A program made the position numbers and the translations under genes. DNA of 64,000 bases from positions 84,373 to 148,372 of the forward strand of contig CAZSTG010000002.1 in NCBI GenBank assembly GCA_964609895.1. Direction: 5' to 3'. The notes under the pieces were generated by a model. It saw only the letters and a list, made by a program, of their open reading frames with translations. It was not told the DNA's origin and did not search any database. Shown here piece by piece: positions 19,926 through 28,858 of this stretch (position 1 is the stretch's first letter; the number at the start of each line of letters is the position of its first letter). The stretch comes from an uncultured Gammaproteobacteria bacterium (lineage in GTDB: Bacteria > Patescibacteriota > Microgenomatia > UBA10105 > UBA927).

Positions 19926-20924
19926 ATGAAAATCGCCCCGATAATTTTATCTGTTTTTGTGTTTATTTCTTTATGTGTTTTTGGTGAATTTGGAGCGGGT
20001 TTATTAATTGCGAACCATGCAGTGAAGTATTATCAGCCGTTAGACATTATTCAGCAGCATGCTGACTCAGAAGATTGGCGTCTTACCATGTCTTTTAATG
20101 AGCATAATTTTGTGTTTGATCCGGTTCTTTTTTGGAAACGGAGTGCATCTGTCCCTTCATCACAAGAGACGCTTCCTGCGACAGCTTCTTGTACGATGCT
20201 TACATATGGAGATTCCAATACACAAGGAATAGGCGGCTCTTGGCCGGCTGAATTACAGAATCTATTTGTGGAGCGGAACATTCCCATTCAGGTTATGAAT
20301 GTCGGGACTATGGGGTATTCGTCTTATCAGGGAATTAGTAGGTATAAAAGTGAAGCATCTCAGTATTCCCATTCCATTATTCTCGTTTCCTTTGGTTGGA
20401 ATGATGCGACCCCCAATATGCAGGTGTCAGACAAAAAGTTTAGTATATATCTGTCTTCATTTATGCGCACATCCTCTTTGCTGATGAAATCAAATCTTTT
20501 TCGTATCATCAAATATTATTCGGATGCATTTGTTCAATCCACATTGCCCGCAGAGCATGAATATTTTCCCCGCGTGTCTCTTGAAGAGTACAAAGACAAT
20601 TTAGAGGAATTCATTGCTGTCGCAAAAAAGAACGGGAGTCAGATTGTGTTTGTGACACGTCCCTATGTTACAAACCAGATCATGGGATCTACCGATACGG
20701 CAGCGTATAACTGGAGGTCACTTGTGCCCATATATAATGAACTGCTTCTTCGTGTTGCAGGGGCGAGGCATATACCGGTCATTGATCTACAGAAATTATT
20801 TGAGGAAGCATTTGGTGCGGCATATTTTGTCGATGATAATCATTTCACAAAAGCTGGGTATGTGGAAGCGGCGAATATCATCGCTTCTGAGCTGTTAAAA
20901 AATGACATACACTGCAGGAACTAG
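19926..20924 (+). CDS. Membrane-anchored SGNH/GDSL family protein
   Basis: N-terminal TM, YGDSNTQG, NVGTMGYSS, GWND, DDNHFT. Confidence 0.9.
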   Translation: MKIAPIILSVFVFISLCVFGEFGAGLLIANHAVKYYQPLDIIQQHADSEDWRLTMSFNEHNFVFDPVLFWKRSASVPSSQETLPATASCTMLTYGDSNTQGIGGSWPAELQNLFVERNIPIQVMNVGTMGYSSYQGISRYKSEASQYSHSIILVSFGWNDATPNMQVSDKKFSIYLSSFMRTSSLLMKSNLFRIIKYYSDAFVQSTLPAEHEYFPRVSLEEYKDNLEEFIAVAKKNGSQIVFVTRPYVTNQIMGSTDTAAYNWRSLVPIYNELLLRVAGARHIPVIDLQKLFEEAFGAAYFVDDNHFTKAGYVEAANIIASELLKNDIHCRN

Positions 20925-20985
20925 GACAGTTATTTAGGAAATAACTCTTTTAAGATGATACAATAGGAACGTTCAAGTACAGGGC

Positions 20986-21060
20986 GGCGCGTTGGCGAAG
21001 AGGTAACGCGGGAGTCTGCAAAACTTCTATGCGCCGGTTCGATTCCGGCACGCGCCTCCA
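20986..21060 (+). tRNA. tRNA-Cys (GCA)
   Basis: Acceptor GGCGCGT/ACGCGCC, anticodon loop CTGCAAA, GGTTCGATTCC, U discriminator, encoded CCA; TGATACAAT extended -10 upstream. Confidence 0.97.
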
Positions 21061-21084
21061 AAATACCCCTTCTGGGGTATTTTT
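21060..21084 (+). terminator. Intrinsic terminator after tRNA-Cys
   Basis: AAAATACCCC-TTCT-GGGGTATTTTT. Confidence 0.8.
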
Positions 21085-21094
21085 ATGTATATAT

Positions 21095-22273
21095 ATGAAG
21101 CAAAAAACGACAGTGCGGAAAATAGCAGTCATAGCCGCGTTTCATTACGCGTGGTTTTGGGTGCCGATCTGGGTGCTTTTTTATAAGCGGTTTACCGATT
21201 ATTCAGGTGTTGCAATACTTGAAGCGTTGTCGATGGTTGCGTTTTTGGCAATGATTGTTCCGGGAGGACTTTTGGCTGATTATCTCGGAAGAAAACGGCT
21301 GCTCATCTTTGCAAGCATTGTGAATGCCATTGGTGCTTCTATCGTAGGGTTTGCCGGTTCATTTGTCTCTGTTGCAATCGGTATTGGCGTTATGAGTTTA
21401 TCCGGCGGTCTTTTTACCGCATCTCTTGAGGCGTTGTTATACGATTTTTTGAAAACGGAAAATCGGGAAGAACAGTATAAAAAGATATGGGGAAAGATGA
21501 CTACTGTACGTATGCTTACTAGCGCAGCTGCAAGTTTCGTTGGAGGATATCTCTATACTATCGATGTCCGGCTTCCATGGTTTGGTGTAGCAGTTATGTC
21601 TTTTCTGGCATTCTTTATTGCTTTCACGCTCAAGGAACCGCGCATTGAAACACCGCATGATTCATTCCCGCAATTTTTACGCGAAGCAGGGAAGGGAATA
21701 ACAGAATTGTTTAGAAAAGATGTTTGGAGGCTTAGTATTCCTCTTTTACTCATTGGTATATTTTTTACAACAGATTCTTCAGGACTCTGGGACATTCAGG
21801 CAGTTGAGTATGGGTTTTCCAGTCAAATACTCGGTGTGCTGCTTACCGCAACCTATCTTTGTCTGGCATTCGTCTCGTGGTACGCGACGAAAATAACCAG
21901 AAAATTTTCTTCGTTTGGCGGGATTTTGTTGTTTGCAGTTATTTGGGCAGTACTCTGGTTTGTTTCAGGAGTAACTGGAGGAATAATCGGTGCGATACTT
22001 CTTACTCTTCGTTCCTCATTTTCAGTTGTTGCTGATGTACAAAGTTCAGGGCTGTGGAACAGCATGATTTCATCACGGGTCAGGGCAACAACTCTGTCAA
22101 CAATCACCATCATCCGTGGACTTCCGTATATTTTGGTCGCGTCAAATATTGGGATGATTATTGATTCCGTCGGAATTGGGTGGCTCATTCGAAGTTTTGC
22201 TGTGCTGATGTTTGTTTTGCTTCTTCCAACCTGTTTTTGGTGGATGACACAAAAGAAACAAACAAAACAGTAA
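21095..22273 (+). CDS. MFS transporter
   Basis: About 12 TM, PGGLLADYLGRKR (motif A), ISSRVRATTLS. Start moved to ATG 21095 because the longer ORF overlaps the tRNA. Confidence 0.92.
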   Translation: MKQKTTVRKIAVIAAFHYAWFWVPIWVLFYKRFTDYSGVAILEALSMVAFLAMIVPGGLLADYLGRKRLLIFASIVNAIGASIVGFAGSFVSVAIGIGVMSLSGGLFTASLEALLYDFLKTENREEQYKKIWGKMTTVRMLTSAAASFVGGYLYTIDVRLPWFGVAVMSFLAFFIAFTLKEPRIETPHDSFPQFLREAGKGITELFRKDVWRLSIPLLLIGIFFTTDSSGLWDIQAVEYGFSSQILGVLLTATYLCLAFVSWYATKITRKFSSFGGILLFAVIWAVLWFVSGVTGGIIGAILLTLRSSFSVVADVQSSGLWNSMISSRVRATTLSTITIIRGLPYILVASNIGMIIDSVGIGWLIRSFAVLMFVLLLPTCFWWMTQKKQTKQ

Positions 22274-22327
22274 GCTTTTCAGGTGGAATTGAAGCAAAAT
22301 CTTGTGATACAATACGTCAGTGTTGAC

Positions 22328-22497
22328 GGGTGACTAGTTTCCACCAAAGGTGGATCAGCCTTTGGCTGACATTGGCGAGCAAGACTAGTTTTACCAAATA
22401 CATAGAGGGTGACTAGTTTCCACCAAAGGTGGATCAGCCTTTGGCTGACATCGGCGAGCAAGACTAGTTTTACCAAATACATAGAGGGTGACTAGTT
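22328..22497 (+). repeat. 79-bp tandem repeat (2 copies, third start is tRNA-Ile) containing a double-hairpin element
   Basis: Units start GGGTGACTAGTT at 22328, 22407 and 22486; the two copies differ at one base (T22373/C22452); each holds CCACCAAAGGTGG-A-TCAGCCTTTGGCTGA. Confidence 0.95.
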
Positions 22498-22557
22498 CAT
22501 CGGTAGAACGCTTTCCTGATAAGAAAGAGGCGGATGGTCCGACTCCATCGTCACCCA
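22486..22557 (+). tRNA. tRNA-Ile (GAT)
   Basis: Acceptor GGGTGAC/GTCACCC, D-stem GTTC/GAAC, CTTTC-CTGATAA-GAAAG, T-arm GATGG-TCCGACT-CCATC (C at position 55); CCA not encoded. Confidence 0.92.
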
Positions 22558-22596
22558 CATTACGCCAAGGCTTCGTGTGTGCAGCCACTTACTCAT

Positions 22597-23169
22597 ATGA
22601 TTTTATCTGACGGCGACATAAAAAAAGCACTTGAAGAAAAACGGATTATTATTGATCCCAATCCTGATTTTGCCACGCAGCTCGGTTCCTGCTCCATTGA
22701 TTTCAGGCTCGGTACGAAGTTTCGCGTATTCAACCACAGTAAAGTTGCTTTGATTGATACCAATAAACCTAGCGTCACAAACGATTTGATGACGGAAGTT
22801 GAGATAAAAGACGGTGAGCCGTTTATCTTGCAGCCGGGTGATTTTGTCCTCGCAACCACCATGGAAACATTGACTTTGCCAAACAACTTACTTGCGCGTC
22901 TCGAGGGTCGTTCAAGTTTAGGCAGACTTGGAATTGTGGTTCATTCTACCGCTTCCGTGTTTGATCCGGGGTGGCATGGGGTTGCAGTTTTGGAGCTTGG
23001 CAATCTTGGACGAATGCCGATTGCTCTCTACAGCGGCATGCGTATCTGTTCATTTACGTTTGAGCAGCTTACTTCGGATTCCCAGCATCCGTATCTGACA
23101 AGGGAAACTGCAAAGTATAAAAATCAGAATGCGCCGGTCGTTTCCCAAATCGCGCGCGACCTCGAATAA
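22597..23169 (+). CDS. dcd: dCTP deaminase
   Basis: MILSDGDI, SIDFRLG, LEGRSSLGRLG, DPGWHG..VLEL. Confidence 0.96.
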   Translation: MILSDGDIKKALEEKRIIIDPNPDFATQLGSCSIDFRLGTKFRVFNHSKVALIDTNKPSVTNDLMTEVEIKDGEPFILQPGDFVLATTMETLTLPNNLLARLEGRSSLGRLGIVVHSTASVFDPGWHGVAVLELGNLGRMPIALYSGMRICSFTFEQLTSDSQHPYLTRETAKYKNQNAPVVSQIARDLE

Positions 23170-23176
23170 ATTCTTT

Positions 23177-24958
23177 TTATTTCACTGTGACACTTTTTGC
23201 GAGGTTTCGTGGTTTATCCGGATCCAAATTTTTTGCGAGCGCCAGATAATAGGCAAGAAGTTGTCCCGCGATGATGTTGGGAATAATGGTGGCATTTCCT
23301 GCATCTGCCACCTCTATGAATGAATCAAAAATACTGTTTGGTGTATAGGAGATACCGATGATAAAGCCGCCGCGGGCCTTCATCTCCATTGCCGCCGCGA
23401 GATTTGCCGTGTAGGTTTCATCGTTCGGCAAAAAGACGATACAGGGCGTATTTTTTTCAATTAAAGCAATTGCCCCGTGTTTGAGTTCTCCCGCTGCCAG
23501 TCCTTCCGCGTGGATATAGCTGATTTCTTTTATTTTGAGTGCGCTCTCAAGTGCGGCAGGGTATGAGGTACCGCGTCCGACGACAAATAATTGTGTGTGG
23601 TTTTTTATCTGTCCCGCCAGTTTTTGTATGGAAGCGATTGATTGGGGTTCAAGCAGTTTTTTTGTTACAGTGATTGCCGCCGTCAGTACCTTTTTTCCTT
23701 CATCAATGGTTCCTGCTATGTCATATGCAGTGAGAAGGAGTATACCGAGTTTGGTTGTCATGTCTTTGGTTGAGGCAACGGCGATTTCAGGGCCTGCGCC
23801 GCATGGAACAGGGGTATCTGATAATCGCCACAATGTTGATCCATACACATTGACAATGCTCGCAATGGTCGCGTGATGAGAAATGCCTCGTTTGACCGCA
23901 TCAATCAGATCCATAGTCTCGCCGGACTGGGAAAGTGCAACAAGAAGCGACTGTTCGTTTATGAATTCCTCCTGATACGTAAATTCACTGGCAACACAGG
24001 CGTTGATGTGCCTTTTTGCGACCGCTGAAAACAAATATGTCCCTGCAAGACACGCATAATATGCCGTTCCGCATCCGATAAGATACGCACCCCGCGCTTT
24101 CAGAATTGCTGCCGCTGGCGTATGGATATCATCACGGGTAAGTAGCTCCTCGAGAATGGTTGGCTGTTCATGAATTTCTTTTTCCATGAATGTTTCATAG
24201 CCGTTTTTTTCTGCTGCTGTTACATCCCATGTCAATGTTGTGGGTTGTATTTTTTTTTCTTGGCCTGTGATGGCGTCATAGATTTTTATTGTTTCATCGG
24301 TCAGTACCGCCATCTCGTTATCCTCCAAAAAATGCACTTTTTTGGTGTAGGGGAGGAGGCCTGCCGCATCACTTGCCACAAACTGTTCATGGTCGCCGTA
24401 TCCGACGACGAGCGGGGATCCGTTCCGGATCGCGACAATTTGATGCTCGTCATATTTGATGGCGATGATGGCGTTGGAGCCGGTAAACTGGAGAAATGTG
24501 GTACGTACAGCTTCAGTAAACGGTAGAGTTTTTGCCGCATCCTCGATCATATGGGAAGCCACCTCACTGTCTGTTTCCGAGATAAATGTGTGGCTTGCAA
24601 GCAGCGGAGTTTTGAATGCTTCGTAGTTTTCGATGATGCCGTTATGGATGACCGCAATAGTTTTTGTGCAATCAAGGTGCGGATGCGCATTTTCTTTCGT
24701 GACGCCGCCATGTGTTGCCCATCTGGTATGGCCGAATGCGAGAGAGCTGTCAGGCATATCATCAACATTCGCATTCCCAATCTTGCCGATTTCTTTTTTG
24801 ACTATTATTTTATTGGTATGTATTGGCTTATTGGTATGTATTGGTACCATCCCCACCCCCCAGCTGTCATAGCCCCTGTATTCGAGTGTTTTGAGGCCGG
24901 TAAGCACGAGTTTTTGCGCATCAGTCCGTTTTCCGATATATCCGAATATTCCGCACAT
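23177..24958 (-). CDS. glmS: Glutamine-fructose-6-phosphate transaminase
   Basis: MCGIFGY, LEYRGYDS, GHTRWATHG, SQSGET, DKPRNLAKSVTV. Confidence 0.98.
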   Translation of the reverse strand: MCGIFGYIGKRTDAQKLVLTGLKTLEYRGYDSWGVGMVPIHTNKPIHTNKIIVKKEIGKIGNANVDDMPDSSLAFGHTRWATHGGVTKENAHPHLDCTKTIAVIHNGIIENYEAFKTPLLASHTFISETDSEVASHMIEDAAKTLPFTEAVRTTFLQFTGSNAIIAIKYDEHQIVAIRNGSPLVVGYGDHEQFVASDAAGLLPYTKKVHFLEDNEMAVLTDETIKIYDAITGQEKKIQPTTLTWDVTAAEKNGYETFMEKEIHEQPTILEELLTRDDIHTPAAAILKARGAYLIGCGTAYYACLAGTYLFSAVAKRHINACVASEFTYQEEFINEQSLLVALSQSGETMDLIDAVKRGISHHATIASIVNVYGSTLWRLSDTPVPCGAGPEIAVASTKDMTTKLGILLLTAYDIAGTIDEGKKVLTAAITVTKKLLEPQSIASIQKLAGQIKNHTQLFVVGRGTSYPAALESALKIKEISYIHAEGLAAGELKHGAIALIEKNTPCIVFLPNDETYTANLAAAMEMKARGGFIIGISYTPNSIFDSFIEVADAGNATIIPNIIAGQLLAYYLALAKNLDPDKPRNLAKSVTVK

Positions 24959-25054
24959 AGATATCCGTATCGTACGGGAGCGGGAAGGGGTTTGTCAAAC
25001 TATTTGACAGGACAGGAAGGAACGTGAAATAGTAGATAGTAAGGAGAAATTATT

Positions 25055-25549
25055 ATGAAAAAATCTGCTTCCACAGGTCGTTCACAAGACCACGTAAAAC
25101 CCTTTATCGTAGCAATTGGCATCGCATTCACGTTTCTGGCAGTTGTTGTTATTTATATTGCCTTTATGAAAGGCGGACTGGATATCAGAAGCAGAGCCGG
25201 ATCCAATCCGAATCAAAAATATGACTGCGTTCCCGCGAAATTGCAACAATCCATCATTGATGGCAGTACTATCGAAACGATGCAGTGTGAAAGCGGCAGG
25301 GAATTAAATATTTCAAAAAAAACCTGCTGCAAATGGGTGCGGGTAATTCCTTCTTCGGTGAAACCGACGATGTCATGGAAGATGACGTCGACAACATATG
25401 CACCAACGCAAAAAAAAGCTGCGATAGTACCGACGAGAGTGCCCACGAGAGTCCCGACGAAAAAACTGAGGAGCTGTATCAGCGCGGGTAGTCGGTGTAG
25501 TGCGACAACAAAATGCTGTGGGGTATGTGTCAACGGAAAATGTAGATAA
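25055..25549 (+). CDS. Single-TM surface protein with DIRSRA motif and Cys-rich C-terminus
   Basis: AAGGAG RBS; TM, LDIRSRAG, PTRVPTRVPT linker, C-x6-C-x5-CC-x2-C-x4-C tail. Confidence 0.8.
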   Translation: MKKSASTGRSQDHVKPFIVAIGIAFTFLAVVVIYIAFMKGGLDIRSRAGSNPNQKYDCVPAKLQQSIIDGSTIETMQCESGRELNISKKTCCKWVRVIPSSVKPTMSWKMTSTTYAPTQKKAAIVPTRVPTRVPTKKLRSCISAGSRCSATTKCCGVCVNGKCR

Positions 25550-25590
25550 TCAGTGTGACCGGTTGCACAGAACCGGTATGCTTGCCCTTG

Positions 25591-26241
25591 ATGGAGTATA
25601 AACAAGTGAAATCACACATACATTTTTATATTTCTGTCATGGGCACAATGGGGAGCGGAAAAACAACCGCCGCCCGACTGCTTGCCACGTCTCTAAAATG
25701 CAGACTTCTTGAGGAAAATTTCGGAGAAAATGCGTTTCTTTCCCGATTTTACAGTGACATGAAGCGGTGGGCGTTTCATTCTCAGACATTCTTTTTGATG
25801 GAAAAAATACATCAAATGATGGACACATGTGCGTTATTGAAAACACATTCCATTATTCAGGATACGCCGATTCAACAGGATGCGTTTTCCTATGCCAAAG
25901 CGCAACATGTGTTGGGAAACATCGATGATGCAGAGTGGAAACTCTATCAAAAAATTTATTTTTCCTTTGAGCCGCAATTTCCAAAGCCTGACTGTATCGT
26001 CTATCTTGAGACAACGCTTTCCACCATCTCCAACCGGATAGCATTGCGCGGGCGGGGATATGAACAGAAAATCCCTGACAATTATCTGGAGCTTTTGGAT
26101 ATGCTCAATCACAAATGGCTTAGTGACCAAAAAGATATCCCCGTTGTTACGATTCATACTGATAATCTCAATATTGTCACCAGCAAACGTGCACAACGAG
26201 AACTGGTCGATACGGTGAAGGCCTTTGTGCACACGCTGTAA
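25591..26241 (+). CDS. Deoxynucleoside kinase (dCK/dGK family)
   Basis: GTMGSGKTT, FYSDMKRWAFHSQTFFL, PDCIVYL, RIALRGRGYE; start may be GTG 25606. Confidence 0.92.
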   Translation: MEYKQVKSHIHFYISVMGTMGSGKTTAARLLATSLKCRLLEENFGENAFLSRFYSDMKRWAFHSQTFFLMEKIHQMMDTCALLKTHSIIQDTPIQQDAFSYAKAQHVLGNIDDAEWKLYQKIYFSFEPQFPKPDCIVYLETTLSTISNRIALRGRGYEQKIPDNYLELLDMLNHKWLSDQKDIPVVTIHTDNLNIVTSKRAQRELVDTVKAFVHTL

Positions 26242-26288
26242 ATGCACATTGTTATTTTTGATATAGATTGTTAGAATGGGCGTAATTT

Positions 26289-27317
26289 ATGTTTGCAGGC
26301 GAACTTCGTCCGACGTGCCCAGAAGCATTGAATCAAATGCAAAAAAACGCATTACAGCATGCGTCGGAGTACGAGTTGGCTCATGGCGCGAATTTTCCAC
26401 CTGATTTGATTGCTTCCTTTTGTCCACCTCGTAGTCTTGTCGTTGAATTTGGAGCAGCGAGTGGAGAAAAACTCAAAGCGTTAGGTGATCGTGGTATTCG
26501 TGCATATGGTATTGAACTGAATCCAAAAGCGTCTGATTTGTCGTATGAAGATTTTCATAATCCTGTCTTTCGAGGAGATGTTCGTTCAATAGGACAAGGT
26601 GATGAAAAACCAGGCGGGTTTTATCTTTTTTTAGAAGAACAGGATGGGGTATTGATACAGGCGTTGTTTGCAAATATGCTGGTGGACAAAGATATTTGTC
26701 ATACCATCAGGACTGCTGATGCGTTTCTTCGTCCCAAGGGATATATTTTTATTGCAGAACCCATTCATTATTCCGAATTGTCACTTTTTCCGTTTAAATA
26801 TCTTCCGGAATACACGAGTCAACATCTTGAACAATGGCAGCAAAAATGGTTAGTGCGATATAGAGTGAATGAAGAAGCAGGGCTTCCACATGATGTGTTT
26901 GCAGTAGCGCAAAGTGGTGAATTGTCGAAAGAACAAAAAATGCGAGCTGATTGGGACGAGGATCCGGAACATATCAAATATCTCATTGATTCTTTTTTCT
27001 TTGAACGATATGCACGACACACACGATTTTTGAGGTTGCAGAGATATTTAAAACGGTATCATTTTGCAGAAATGCAAACGTGGCCGACGGTTATGTATGA
27101 CCGATGCGGAAATCCGCTTATTGGTGTTGTGAGCGTGTGGCAAAAAGAAACAGCACATTATAAATACCGTCCGTATCTTCGTGGGGCGCGATATGATGAT
27201 GAAAAACAACAAAGTGCTTGGGTGCGGCGTGAAACTGTAGGGTACGAAGATCCACAGCACTATATAGATCATTATCTGGAATTAGCAAAACAATTTTTAC
27301 CACCGTCGATACAATAA
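26289..27317 (+). CDS. Hypothetical protein, divergent class I SAM-dependent methyltransferase-like
   Basis: VVEFGAASG (motif I-like), YGIELNP, FLRPKGYIFIAE. Confidence 0.6.
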   Translation: MFAGELRPTCPEALNQMQKNALQHASEYELAHGANFPPDLIASFCPPRSLVVEFGAASGEKLKALGDRGIRAYGIELNPKASDLSYEDFHNPVFRGDVRSIGQGDEKPGGFYLFLEEQDGVLIQALFANMLVDKDICHTIRTADAFLRPKGYIFIAEPIHYSELSLFPFKYLPEYTSQHLEQWQQKWLVRYRVNEEAGLPHDVFAVAQSGELSKEQKMRADWDEDPEHIKYLIDSFFFERYARHTRFLRLQRYLKRYHFAEMQTWPTVMYDRCGNPLIGVVSVWQKETAHYKYRPYLRGARYDDEKQQSAWVRRETVGYEDPQHYIDHYLELAKQFLPPSIQ

Positions 27318-27369
27318 TGGGCAAAATTGATTTCTTTACAACAAAAAAAATAAACAGTATATTCTTGAT

Positions 27370-28062
27370 ATGGCAACAAAAGGGAAATTTGTGGTAATAG
27401 AGGGAACAGACGGATCAGGGAAAGGAACACAGTCACAACTTCTGCAGGAATATCTCAAAACAAATCACGTTCCGTTTGCATTGTTTGATTTTCCCCAATA
27501 TTACAAAACAATCTTCGGTCGGTGGATCGGACGTTTTTTGAAAGGCGATTTCGGCTCCATTGAAAGCAATCATCCGTATATTGTCATGTTTCCGTATGCT
27601 GCTGATCGGTGGCAGGCAAAACCTGACATGGAGCGGGCGCTCGAAGAGGGGAAGATTGTTATCTGCAACAGATATACTAGTTCCGCATCCTATCAGGCGG
27701 CGAGGCTACCGCGGGATGAGCAGATGAAATTTATTGATTGGGCGTACAGTGTGGAATATGATGCGTTTGGTATACCGAGGGAAGATATTGTGGTGTTTCT
27801 GTATGTACCGCACGCAGTTTCCCAAAAACTGATTGAGCAGAAAAACAGCCGAAAATATATGGGGAACGCCCAGAAGAAAGACATTCACGAATCTAATGAC
27901 GCATTAATGCGGGAGGTGGAGCAGGTATACCTCAGGCTGGCCAAACGGTTTCCCCATTGGATTACGATTGATTGCACCAAAAACGGCGCCATCCTTTCCA
28001 AGGAAGAAATTCATCAAAAAATACTTGCTGTGTTGAAACGGAAAAAGATTCTGCCTGCATAA
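27370..28062 (+). CDS. tmk: Thymidylate kinase
   Basis: FVVIEGTDGSGKGTQ, FPQY, YAADR, ICNRY, KDIHE. Confidence 0.93.
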   Translation: MATKGKFVVIEGTDGSGKGTQSQLLQEYLKTNHVPFALFDFPQYYKTIFGRWIGRFLKGDFGSIESNHPYIVMFPYAADRWQAKPDMERALEEGKIVICNRYTSSASYQAARLPRDEQMKFIDWAYSVEYDAFGIPREDIVVFLYVPHAVSQKLIEQKNSRKYMGNAQKKDIHESNDALMREVEQVYLRLAKRFPHWITIDCTKNGAILSKEEIHQKILAVLKRKKILPA

Positions 28063-28069
28063 TATATGT

Positions 28070-28651
28070 ATGGTGAAAAAACTTCATAAACGGACAAAAG
28101 GAAAGCTCACTGTTATCGCAGGTCCGATGTTTTCTGGGAAAACGGGGAAGTTGGTTGCACTCGTTGATGTTTTCACCCGCATGGGACACTCAGTGCTTAC
28201 GGTAAAACCGAAAATTGATAACAGATACGGCGGAAAAAAAGAAATTCATAGTCATGATCATAAAAGGTCAAAGGCGTTAGTGCTGGACAGCGAGTCAACA
28301 GCAGTGATGATGGGAAAAATTTTGGCAACGGGTGCGGATAAAGTGATTGTTGACGAAGTGCAGTTTTTTGACAGGGAAAAAATAAAATCCGTCATCGTAA
28401 CACTCAAGAAAAAGGGAATACATGTCATCGCTGCAGGACTTTTGTATGACTATAAACGGCAGCCATTTGGGGCAACACCAGACCTTGTAGGGTTGGCTGA
28501 TGAATATCTTGAGCTTATGGCAGTGTGTCAAAAATGTGGCAGTCTTGCTAGACACAGCGAGCGCATGGGAGGTAAAAAAGGAGTTATTGAAGTCGGAGCT
28601 GCAGACAAATACATTGCCGTGTGTGAACGATGTCACAGGATATATAAATAA
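28070..28651 (+). CDS. tdk: Thymidine kinase
   Basis: GPMFSGKT, KPKIDNRY, VDEVQFF, CQKC...YIAVCERCH. Confidence 0.95.
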   Translation: MVKKLHKRTKGKLTVIAGPMFSGKTGKLVALVDVFTRMGHSVLTVKPKIDNRYGGKKEIHSHDHKRSKALVLDSESTAVMMGKILATGADKVIVDEVQFFDREKIKSVIVTLKKKGIHVIAAGLLYDYKRQPFGATPDLVGLADEYLELMAVCQKCGSLARHSERMGGKKGVIEVGAADKYIAVCERCHRIYK

Positions 28652-28674
28652 TGAAAGGTATATAAGGAGGAAAT

Positions 28675-28857
28675 ATGCATGAAGGTGATCCGAAAGCAAA
28701 AACGCCAGAACTGCCATCTGGTGCAGTAACACAAATCGTTGGAGAAAGCGGTGACACGTATACGAATGTGCAGGTGTTCAATGAAACACTCGGAACACTT
28801 ACGGATCATCTGGTTTCTGACGGCTCACAACCTGTCACGCTTGCCGAAGGAGAATAA
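28675..28857 (+). CDS. Small acidic hypothetical protein (60 aa)
   Basis: AAGGAGG RBS; fills the tdk-udp gap; stop lies 1 nt before the udp ATG. Confidence 0.65.
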   Translation: MHEGDPKAKTPELPSGAVTQIVGESGDTYTNVQVFNETLGTLTDHLVSDGSQPVTLAEGE

Positions 28858-28858
28858 C

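Noticed and set aside
22328-22497. CRISPR array
   Set aside because: The whole 79-bp unit is repeated with no unique spacers, the third start is a tRNA, and no cas genes are present
22554-22586. Possible degenerate palindromic element (TACGCCAAGGCTTCG) after tRNA-Ile
   Set aside because: Single weak copy in the window; its resemblance to a repeat family rests on memory only
24959-25054. glmS ribozyme
   Set aside because: The intergenic gap is under 100 nt and the predicted -10 (TACGAT) is 10 nt from the ATG, leaving no room
28739-28858. N-terminal extensions in the ORF track (udp, mreB, GT2, trmH, MFS, dcd, rpsB, proS, recR, pyk, XRE, folA)
   Set aside because: The extensions overlap neighbouring genes, tRNAs or promoters; downstream starts match family N-termini and RBS or -10 positions
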